Shown piece by piece: positions 56,011 to 64,000 of a stretch of 64,000 nucleotides of DNA. Position 1 is the first letter of the stretch. The number at the start of each line of letters is the position of its first letter. The DNA comes from Tetramitus jugosus (Eukaryota > Protista > Heterolobosea), in contig OW569378.1 in assembly GCA_937625935.1 (NCBI GenBank), positions 124,001 to 188,000 of the forward strand, written 5' to 3'. The notes beneath the pieces are model-generated. The model ran no database searches. It was given only the letters and a program-made list of their open reading frames with translations, and had not been told where the DNA came from. Made by a program: the position numbers and the translations under genes.

Positions 56011-57582
56011 CTATTTGAACAGTGAAACAGGCACTGGCTTCTTGGGGTAGGGAACACCAATCATGCGGGACACATCAGCATCAGGTACAAAACTGGCTGT
56101 ACCCTTGAGATGAATGTGAGGGAACTTGTTGATAAATGTGGCCAGGAAGCACAACATTTCATACATGGCAAAGTTCATACCTGGACAAAGGTTCTGTCCT
56201 CGCCCAAAAGGAATAAATGCTTTCCTCATCTTCTCCAAATGCTTCTTATCGACAATTAGCCATCGATTAGGGTTAAACTTCTCAGGTTGTGGGAAAATGC
56301 TTTCATCTCGATGAATAGCATAGGGCGACACACATAGTGTATGTCCTTTTGGTACAATGTAGGTAACTGGCTTACCATTGACTGTGGTAGGTAATTTAAC
56401 TGACCGACAGACCTTACGGATCATGATGCCTGGAGATTGAAGTCTTATTCCCTCTTTCACACATGCAGTAAGATAGGGTAAATTGTCAGGAGTGAATAGC
56501 TCTGCATGATCCGTGTCTGGATACTGCACTAAGATGTTCTCGATTTCTTTCTTCACCTGCTCCATACAATCATCATGATTCAACAGATGAACCAATGTCC
56601 AGAAAGTAGCAGGTAATGAATTTGCTTGAGAGGCCCACAGAAGAGCCAAACCCCACAGCGTATGCTTTTCAGATCTCTCAGCAAACTCCTTCTCGGAGGA
56701 ATTTGCTCTACCATTTCTTTCGAGTGACTCCAACAAGGTTTCAAATAGGCTCGATGCGTCTGTTGACTCGCTCATTTTGCTCTTTTCCATCTCTTTTCTT
56801 AAATTAATTAATCGGGTCAGGAGATGATTCTTTGATTGAAGAAAACCTGGTAACCATTGGTGAGGAACATAGCCACTCGCTGCCAGTTCGAACCACTTAT
56901 CAAAGCGCTTAAACGTCACATACTCGGTCTCCGATTCATCATTCATGTTCTTCGATGCCAGCTCAAAAAACTTGTTGCCCAGCAATGATCTCATCGAACC
57001 AAAGAACAACAACTCACTCACCACTTCAAACAAATCATCGACACGTTCCGTTTTCTCAAATCTCTCGTCAATCATTTCCATCAAATGTTCATTCAACTTT
57101 TTAATGTACATTGGTAGTCCCGTACTCGGAGAGATTGCCGTTCGAAGACTCGTCAAAAGAATCTGATGTTCGTCCAGGAATTGATCCGTAGGCATACCAA
57201 ACACTCGTGCAGTAAATTCTTGTACACCATGATCAAAACTAACCGCATCTACTGTGGTGTCGGACAAAGGGGCATGGACAGCCATCTGATTGCTCTTTGA
57301 AGGAGCAAAGAAAACGTCGAACAAGTCATGATCGAACAAAAAGGTCATTGACTTGCCAGCCACATTCAATGTGAATATATTTCCGTGCTTTTCCTTGCAA
57401 TCCAACAGAAAACGAGGTGGATCCTTGCCAAATGAAATTGCACATCCTAGGAATGGCAACCAGAATTGTCCAATCAGAGGAGGGGACTTGGAATGCTTCT
57501 TGGGCGATTGATAAAGGAAGAGAATACCTGTCAATGCACACAAAAATGTGATCAGCCAAGCAAGAAGAGTGAACAAGTCCAT
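56011..57582 (-). CDS. cytochrome P450 of the CYP7/CYP8/CYP39 clan
   Basis: N-terminal TM, WLPFLGCAISFGKDP, I-helix LWASQANSLPATFW, EGIR, FNPNRW, PFGRGQNLCPG. Confidence 0.9.
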   Translation of the reverse strand: MDLFTLLAWLITFLCALTGILFLYQSPKKHSKSPPLIGQFWLPFLGCAISFGKDPPRFLLDCKEKHGNIFTLNVAGKSMTFLFDHDLFDVFFAPSKSNQMAVHAPLSDTTVDAVSFDHGVQEFTARVFGMPTDQFLDEHQILLTSLRTAISPSTGLPMYIKKLNEHLMEMIDERFEKTERVDDLFEVVSELLFFGSMRSLLGNKFFELASKNMNDESETEYVTFKRFDKWFELAASGYVPHQWLPGFLQSKNHLLTRLINLRKEMEKSKMSESTDASSLFETLLESLERNGRANSSEKEFAERSEKHTLWGLALLWASQANSLPATFWTLVHLLNHDDCMEQVKKEIENILVQYPDTDHAELFTPDNLPYLTACVKEGIRLQSPGIMIRKVCRSVKLPTTVNGKPVTYIVPKGHTLCVSPYAIHRDESIFPQPEKFNPNRWLIVDKKHLEKMRKAFIPFGRGQNLCPGMNFAMYEMLCFLATFINKFPHIHLKGTASFVPDADVSRMIGVPYPKKPVPVSLFK

Positions 57583-57835
57583 GTTGTCTGTGAAAATGAT
57601 TGCTTTGCTGCTGTGTTTGGGATTTATTTTGTTTGGAACTAAATCCCGCCAATTTTGACGCTTGACATTGTGGTCCCAATACGTTTGCAAGCTAGGTCAG
57701 TCATTGTATTGGAGTAATTTATTGCCATGTTGCACTTCGAAGATCTTGTTTTCTTTAAGAAGACAAAGGGCCTCCCTCTATCTGTTCAGAACAATCAAAG
57801 TTCTTCCCGCGAAAAAAAGTAAAAACCAATCAAAA

Positions 57836-59614
57836 ATGCCGCTCATCAAACCCAACACAGGAAGACAACTGCTCCTTCGAGCAGCAGGCAACAAGAATCG
57901 CCTCCTCTCCACAACTCAATCATCATCAACACAAACATTTTCAACAACAACAACAACCAACAACCATCAAGGTACTCCCTCAATCATTGATTTCAATGAT
58001 ACAAAAAAATTGTATGCTCAATCATCGACATATGATCTCATTGAATCATACTTGGCACTGTCCAGTTGTAGAAATCCAATCATCAAGAACTATGGACCAT
58101 CATTGCTCGAAGTAGGTGGTCCATTGGCTCGTCTCATTGCCAAACACACTTATTTTCAATATTTTTGTGGTGGAGAGAACCTCGTGGACACCAAGACTGT
58201 GATTGAAAAATTGTACAGTAAGAATTTGTGCACCATTTTGGATTATTGTGTAGAGGGAGCACCATCACTTGCCACTGATGGCGATAATGCATCTTCTTCA
58301 TCTCAACAACAACAACAACAACAACAGATGATGCAACAACAAATGATGATGATGAATAGTGGTAGCAGTAAAATGTCATCTCAACATCCAATGATGATGA
58401 TGATGAATCAAGGTAGTGGTGGTGGTGGTATGGATGCAATGATGATGGCAATGGGAACACTGGTCAATGAGAAACGAGAGGTTGAAATTGCACAGGTCAA
58501 GTCGAACAGTATTACTTATATGGGATTCGAGAATCATCGATTGATGGAAAAGTATTCGGATCGTAACAATGGTAGCGAGAGTGGTGTGCTACCTTGTCCG
58601 CTGGGTGTCGTTAAAATGACCGGTATCAGTGACAGTAATCTATTGTTGAAATTGAGTGAGATTTTATCGTTTGTTTCACAGTTTCCAGAATCGGAGCACA
58701 CGAGAAACTTGCTTGATTTGCATTTTGATATTTTCAGTGGTGGAAGAAACAGTTATAATTTGGATTTTAATGAAGTGATGCAAGAGTATGCATTGGGATT
58801 GAAGAGAACCAATGCATTTGTGATGCAACACGACCAGCCACCGAGTGAGCTGTCTGATGATGAATTGGACAAATTGAGACGTGTGATTGATCGATTGGAA
58901 GATATTTGTGATGAGTGTGAACGCACGAATATTGCGCTGTTGGTTGACGCTGAACAAACCTATCTTCAGCCGGCAATTGACCTGTTGAGCATGTATGTTA
59001 CTCTCAAATATAATGTTCATCAAGAGGGAAAGAGGCCGATTGTTCACAATACGTACCAGTTGTACTTGAAGGACACCTTGGAGAGATTAAAGTTTGATCA
59101 TGCTTTTATCAAGAAGCATGGAGAGGGAAGCATCAAACAAGGAGCAAAGTTAGTCAGAGGTGCCTATATCAAGTCAGAGTCGACCAGATGTGCTGACCTG
59201 GGTTTGCCTCATCCATTCAACAATGGTATTGAAGAGACACACAAGAATTATCACAAGGGAATCGATTTTGTGCTCGAGAATATGGCCAAGGACGATAGTG
59301 TTGCTGTTGTTATTGCATCACATAATCCTGACTCTGTTGTTTATGCATCCAATGCTCTGAACGAATGGGGATTAGATAGAAACGATAGTCGTGTTCTGTT
59401 TGCACAACTGTACGGTATGGGTGACAGCTTGTCATTGGCACTCGCTTCTAATCAGTACAATGTTGCAAAGTTGGTTCCTTTTGGTCCAGTTGATGAAGTA
59501 CTGCCATATCTAAGCAGAAGACTCATTGAAAACAGCGACATGCTTGGTGGTAGTGCCATTGAGACTGAAAGAATGAAGCGTGAGATTGCGGCCAGACTCT
59601 TTGGACGAAAATAA
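57836..59614 (+). CDS. PRODH: mitochondrial proline dehydrogenase
   Basis: FCGGE, LDYCVE, LVDAEQTYLQPAID, NTYQLYLK, GAKLVRGAY, ASHN, AQLYGMGD, PFGPVDEVLPYLSRRLIENSD. Confidence 0.96.
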   Translation: MPLIKPNTGRQLLLRAAGNKNRLLSTTQSSSTQTFSTTTTTNNHQGTPSIIDFNDTKKLYAQSSTYDLIESYLALSSCRNPIIKNYGPSLLEVGGPLARLIAKHTYFQYFCGGENLVDTKTVIEKLYSKNLCTILDYCVEGAPSLATDGDNASSSSQQQQQQQQMMQQQMMMMNSGSSKMSSQHPMMMMMNQGSGGGGMDAMMMAMGTLVNEKREVEIAQVKSNSITYMGFENHRLMEKYSDRNNGSESGVLPCPLGVVKMTGISDSNLLLKLSEILSFVSQFPESEHTRNLLDLHFDIFSGGRNSYNLDFNEVMQEYALGLKRTNAFVMQHDQPPSELSDDELDKLRRVIDRLEDICDECERTNIALLVDAEQTYLQPAIDLLSMYVTLKYNVHQEGKRPIVHNTYQLYLKDTLERLKFDHAFIKKHGEGSIKQGAKLVRGAYIKSESTRCADLGLPHPFNNGIEETHKNYHKGIDFVLENMAKDDSVAVVIASHNPDSVVYASNALNEWGLDRNDSRVLFAQLYGMGDSLSLALASNQYNVAKLVPFGPVDEVLPYLSRRLIENSDMLGGSAIETERMKREIAARLFGRK

Positions 59615-59673
59615 AAGTTTATGTTGATGTTTCGCCATCGATCAATCAAAAAGAAAAAGAGTCACAACCACAC

Positions 59674-62022
59674 ATGAAGATCTTGCTACTGCTTGTGTCA
59701 CTTATTGTGGCCTACGGATCCTATTTACTCTACACCAACACAAATCAATATTATATTGATCTCAAGTTGCCAGTTAATACCAAGATCGAGTTCTCTCAAG
59801 ATAAGATCAAGTCTGGTCATGTTCAATTCACAAGATTGCCTACCTCTGGAATTTTACACATGGATGCAGAAGATGACATCTCGTTTGCAAAAGGTCTTGG
59901 TTATGCTCATGCTCATGATCGTTATGCCCAATTGTTCACTCTGAGACTGATCGGACAGGGAAGGTTGTCTGAATGCTTTGCAGCCAGTGAGCAATCACTC
60001 ATTATCGATACTATTATGAGACAAATGTCATTTGCAGAAAATGCAAAGTCAAATATTCATTTGTTGTCAGATCGTGTTTTGCAGTTAGTGGAGGCTTATG
60101 CCGAGGGTATTAATGAGTACATTGAGAAGCATGATAGACCATTGGATTTTATTTTGGCTGGATATGTGCCTGAGTCATGGAAAGCTGTAGATTCATTGAT
60201 GATTGCTAGTCTAGTTGGATTTGCTGGCTTGGCATCCGCTCAGATGGATCAAGAAAAGTTTATCATTTCAGCACTGAAATCCGGTAACAAGGAGACTATT
60301 GATTTAGTGAAGAGATTGTACTCACCTCATCTGGATCAATTTGATCAATTTGTGAGTCAAGAAATTCTTGACAAGCTGTCACTTGAAGTACCACTCATAC
60401 CCGAGCACATTGCCATTTTCAAGAAAATTCCTCAATTGATTGGAAGCAACAATTGGGTTGTCAGTGGTAAGAAGTCAGTCTCCGGAAAACCTATTATGGC
60501 TTTCGATCCTCATTTGGATATATCTAGGATTCCTGGATTCTGGTATGAAGTATCAGCTAAAATCTCAGGTACTAACACTAGCATCGTTGGTGTGTCTGTC
60601 CCAGGTATCGTTGGTATTGTTATGGGTAGAACTAACAAGGTAGCATCCTCTTTTACCTATGGATTCATGGATATGGTCGACTATTTTATTGAAGACTGCA
60701 GAGATATGAAATGCAGAGATGATAATGACTATGTACCAGTTGAGAAATCTGTGTCCACTTTAAAACGCAAGGGTGACTCAGATATCGACATTGTAACATT
60801 CAAAACAAGAAATGGTGTTCTTGAGTTTAAGAACTCCTCTTCTCACACATTCCCTGATGGCTACTACCTCTCTAGAGCCTATACTCATGAGAGAGGACCA
60901 GGAGGAGTTGGCACTCTTTCAACGATTGCCCTTTCACATACAATTAAGTCTTTGAGTGAGATGAGTTCCTTGGTGGTCCAAACTGACACTTCTACCAACT
61001 TGTTACTTGCAGATGACGAGGGAAACATTGGTTTGTATCAGACAGGATTGGCTCCTGTGCGTGCAAGCTCTGGTCTATTTCCTTTATTAGGTTGGAATCG
61101 AGAGCATCAATGGAAGGGTTTTATACCAGGTGGAGAGCTCAAGAGAGTTATAAATCCTGAGGAGGGATTCATCGCTACTGCCAACAATGAACAAAACGAT
61201 CATCATATGGTTGTTAATACTCATATGGGCGAGTATAGAGCAGATAGAATCAAGCAACTCTTGTCCACCAAGCAGAAATTCTCTGTGGAAGACTTTAAGC
61301 CGATCCAAAGAGATAAGACATCGTTGCAAGCTGCCGAGTTCATGAAGTATCTTCGTCCTGTACTGAAGAAGCGCAATGATTCTGTTTCGCAAGCACTGAT
61401 GGAGTGGAATCTACAATATGATGAGAAATCACGAGGTGCCTTTTTGTTTGAAATGTTTTACAGACAACTTTTGATGACAGTGTACGGAAGAATTATTGGA
61501 GAAGAAGTCTGGCGTGGCTTAACAAACACTGCTGTTGTGGTAGAGTTTTTCCATTACTTTGATAGAGTGTTGTTGGAGAAGGAGCCAAGAATGGAAGATA
61601 ATGCCTTGATCTGGCAGTCAAAGACAAGAGAAGAAATATTTGAAGAAGTTTGGAGTAAAGTGCAAGAGCAATTGGTGAGAGAAGAGAAGACAATGACTCA
61701 ATACGGCCAGTATCACCAACTAACACTATGGAATCTGTTTTACAGAGCGATTCTGCCTGACTCTCTCGGTTTGTATCTGGGCATTCATAAGGGACCATTC
61801 CCATTCTTGGGTAGTCGAGCCACAGTGCAACAAGCTCAAATATTTACTCAAGGACCAATGGAATCAACATTTGGTGCTTCGTACCGTTGCGTTACAGATA
61901 TGAGTGAACTCAGAGCACAATCTTCACTTCCAGGAGGTTCCAGCGACAACATTCTCAGCCCTCTTTACGCAAACAGACTTCAATCATTCTTTGCGGACGA
62001 GTATGCCATCACAGACTTGTAA
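59674..62022 (+). CDS. penicillin acylase / AHL acylase family (peptidase S45, Ntn-hydrolase) with N-terminal membrane anchor
   Basis: GLGYAHAHDR..Q, GRLSE, EAYAEGIN, G|SNNWVVSG (Ser at 60445), DPHL, WYE, NPEEGFIATANN, RADRI, LPGGSS..SPLY. Intronless. Confidence 0.92.
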   Translation: MKILLLLVSLIVAYGSYLLYTNTNQYYIDLKLPVNTKIEFSQDKIKSGHVQFTRLPTSGILHMDAEDDISFAKGLGYAHAHDRYAQLFTLRLIGQGRLSECFAASEQSLIIDTIMRQMSFAENAKSNIHLLSDRVLQLVEAYAEGINEYIEKHDRPLDFILAGYVPESWKAVDSLMIASLVGFAGLASAQMDQEKFIISALKSGNKETIDLVKRLYSPHLDQFDQFVSQEILDKLSLEVPLIPEHIAIFKKIPQLIGSNNWVVSGKKSVSGKPIMAFDPHLDISRIPGFWYEVSAKISGTNTSIVGVSVPGIVGIVMGRTNKVASSFTYGFMDMVDYFIEDCRDMKCRDDNDYVPVEKSVSTLKRKGDSDIDIVTFKTRNGVLEFKNSSSHTFPDGYYLSRAYTHERGPGGVGTLSTIALSHTIKSLSEMSSLVVQTDTSTNLLLADDEGNIGLYQTGLAPVRASSGLFPLLGWNREHQWKGFIPGGELKRVINPEEGFIATANNEQNDHHMVVNTHMGEYRADRIKQLLSTKQKFSVEDFKPIQRDKTSLQAAEFMKYLRPVLKKRNDSVSQALMEWNLQYDEKSRGAFLFEMFYRQLLMTVYGRIIGEEVWRGLTNTAVVVEFFHYFDRVLLEKEPRMEDNALIWQSKTREEIFEEVWSKVQEQLVREEKTMTQYGQYHQLTLWNLFYRAILPDSLGLYLGIHKGPFPFLGSRATVQQAQIFTQGPMESTFGASYRCVTDMSELRAQSSLPGGSSDNILSPLYANRLQSFFADEYAITDL

Positions 62023-62157
62023 ACAGAGCCAGTCCAAAAACGTCAGAACATTCGGCAAAATAAAACGAACTGCGCCCAACAAAAAAAGAACAAGCTCCGC
62101 GCAGAAAAAAACCCAATCACATCCCTGTTCACAAAACAACGACTTGTTTTTTTCATA

Positions 62158-63261
62158 ATGGAGGAACTACCGGATGAATTGCTGCTTATTGTCTTGGATT
62201 TTTTGAACTCTGACGAAATTTATTGCATCGTCTCTCGTGTCAATAGACACTGGTTCGACGTCATCCATGACCGATGTCCCTGGAAGGCACGAAGCTTACA
62301 ATTATTTTCTCCGACTACCCGGTCGGAGAAGGAATTTGAAGAGTTTACGGCGGATATGGACATTGTGGATTGGAGAAGGTTGTATCGTATGGTCAACCCA
62401 ACCAAATTCTCTCAATTTGACCCAGCTAGAACATGTGCAAGTCTAGAGAGAGTTTGTGATGGTTCCTATTTGCGTTTCCGTCAGAACATGCAGCTCTCCA
62501 ACTGCAGTTCACAAACTCTGAACGGATTCAAGCCAAAGAATCAATTGCTGTACATTTGGGAGGTCAAGGTGCAAACTCACAAGTCTGCCAATCTGTCCAT
62601 TGGACTCGCAGATCACTATTTTCGATTGGAGGAGAACTTTGTGGGTTACAGGGCGCAAAATGCACCTGATCACGTGAAAGCTCCATCATTTTCACTGAGC
62701 AGCGATGGTAAATTGCGTAAGGGACTTGATTCAATTGATAGCCAACTCGGAACATGTTATGGTGAGTCGGACCATGTTACCATTATTGTTCGTTGTGATA
62801 CGGATGTGCCATCGATGCTATTTTTCAAGAATGGTGAATTAGTGGCTGATTGGAATACGGATGGTATTGACATGGATCGAATGTACTACTTTTCTGTCAC
62901 TCTCTATTCACCACTAGATGAATTGTACATTGTGACGGAGGCAGAGGAGAAGCAACCACCACCAAGAGAGGCAATAAGTGAATATGAAACGCCTTGGCCT
63001 CAAGAAACTGTGGATGATTTTGCAGATACTTCTGGGATCTTGTTGCCTGAAGAGGGAGACGACGAACCAACCAAACGTCGTCACACGTACAGCATTTCCA
63101 TAGACGAGGTCATTGAGATTTACAAAAGTGTTCGTGCCAACAAATTACTTTCGAAAAAAGAAACAAAAACAAAAGTTGTGGAGACTGTGAATACCACACC
63201 GACGCAGGTGCCAAAAAAGACAGCTCCAGCTCCTCCGAAAAGATATTGTTCGCTCATGTAA
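62158..63261 (+). CDS. F-box + SPRY domain protein with C-terminal CaaX box
   Basis: LPDELLLIVLDFL..VSRVNRHW (F-box); WEVKV..LSIGL..MLFFKNGE..YYFSVTL (SPRY); ends KRYCSLM. Confidence 0.85.
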   Translation: MEELPDELLLIVLDFLNSDEIYCIVSRVNRHWFDVIHDRCPWKARSLQLFSPTTRSEKEFEEFTADMDIVDWRRLYRMVNPTKFSQFDPARTCASLERVCDGSYLRFRQNMQLSNCSSQTLNGFKPKNQLLYIWEVKVQTHKSANLSIGLADHYFRLEENFVGYRAQNAPDHVKAPSFSLSSDGKLRKGLDSIDSQLGTCYGESDHVTIIVRCDTDVPSMLFFKNGELVADWNTDGIDMDRMYYFSVTLYSPLDELYIVTEAEEKQPPPREAISEYETPWPQETVDDFADTSGILLPEEGDDEPTKRRHTYSISIDEVIEIYKSVRANKLLSKKETKTKVVETVNTTPTQVPKKTAPAPPKRYCSLM

Positions 63262-63435
63262 TATAGACACCACATACCTTTGTAAACTAAGTTTATTCAA
63301 TTTCACACATTTTCTGAGATCTTCGCTCTGTCGGAACCAAAAACGAGTTCCCTTGCGCGGTTTTCAACTCAGGGAACTTTTGACAAGGTGTCATAACAAA
63401 AATACGAAACAATTTGGGGAAACCACAGAACAAGC

Positions 63436-64000
63436 ATGCAAATCATAAAGTGTCTATTGATACTATGTTTGATCCATTTATTATGTCCCGAAAGTACCAT
63501 TTCCAATTGGATTCACAAGGGAAGCAACATTCCATTCGGCATCTCGTTTGTGCGTGCCCAAAGGGTTCGCAGAGTAAATGTTCCTCTAGGTGCACTCATC
63601 ACGGCAGGTGTTCATGGATCGTCACATCAAATGGCCATGGAGATTGCTGTCGAAGCATTGAATGCTCTACCACCTCTAACACCTGAACAATCTCTCTTCA
63701 AGATTCAACCCGTTTTCTCTCTCAAGGTACGTAACACGACTGGACCACAGAATGCGGTTCAACAGGCTTCGGATCTGATCACTGTTGATCAAGTAGTGGG
63801 TATTGCTGGTCCTGTCTATAGCTCGGAATCCCTGCCCATCTCCTACCAGGTAGCTACGCCGATGAAGAAACCGATTGTAAGTTATGGTGCAACGAGTGGA
63901 GCACTTGGAAATATGACCGAACACCCTTATTTCATGAGAACTGTTCCCGCCAATCAACATATATCAGAAGCTCTAGTTGATTTGATGTATTTGATGGAAT
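63436..64000 (+). CDS. N-terminus of a receptor with ANF-receptor/Venus-flytrap ligand-binding domain (class C GPCR- or receptor-cyclase-like); truncated by window edge
   Basis: Read manually from ATG 63436: signal peptide MQIIKCLLILCLIHLL, then MAMEIAVEALN..VVGIAGPVYSSES..PIVSYGATSGAL..HPYFMRTVP. No stop before 64000, so it is absent from the ORF track. Confidence 0.85.
   Translation, partial: MQIIKCLLILCLIHLLCPESTISNWIHKGSNIPFGISFVRAQRVRRVNVPLGALITAGVHGSSHQMAMEIAVEALNALPPLTPEQSLFKIQPVFSLKVRNTTGPQNAVQQASDLITVDQVVGIAGPVYSSESLPISYQVATPMKKPIVSYGATSGALGNMTEHPYFMRTVPANQHISEALVDLMYLME

Noticed and set aside
1-64000. Alternative genetic code suggested by rarity of TGA stops
   Set aside because: TGA terminates the gene ending at 10430, no in-frame stops interrupt conserved domains, and all ORF breaks are explained by GT-AG introns.
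1-64000. Prokaryotic operon, defence island, CRISPR array, tRNA/rRNA or transposon
   Set aside because: The DNA is intron-containing and eukaryotic; no repeat-spacer array, cloverleaf, transposase or reverse transcriptase motifs were seen.

Overview
Gene-dense eukaryotic nuclear DNA (AT-rich, standard genetic code, GT-AG spliceosomal introns of about 54-244 nt with GTATG-type donors and CT(A/G)AC-like branch points). It comes from a protist, probably flagellated; a Naegleria-like heterolobosean is a guess only. About 36 protein-coding genes are packed with intergenic gaps mostly under 300 nt, many in head-to-head and tail-to-tail pairs. Housekeeping genes: delta-COP, GlnRS, CDK7, Med22, TRAPPC4, CAP-H2, Nup58, PME-1, PRODH, PCBD, PAAF1, a USP and a PAK kinase. 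Unusual architectures or distributions: a tandem NYN/PIN RNase, RhoGAP-C2 followed by three degenerate formin-FH2-like repeats, an EF-hand-PIP5K fusion, an MLO-family protein, a CYP7-clan P450, a bacterial-type penicillin/AHL acylase, a TMEM8/myomaker-like protein, an OCIA-like protein and an F-box-SPRY-CaaX protein. Non-coding signals: a recurrent E2F-like GCGC/CGCG motif at divergent promoters, a palindrome-dense leader upstream of a Tra2-like gene whose first coding exon is just ATG, and two compositional gene classes. No rRNA, tRNA, CRISPR array or transposon was recognised. All assignments come from motif recognition by eye; no database searches were run.
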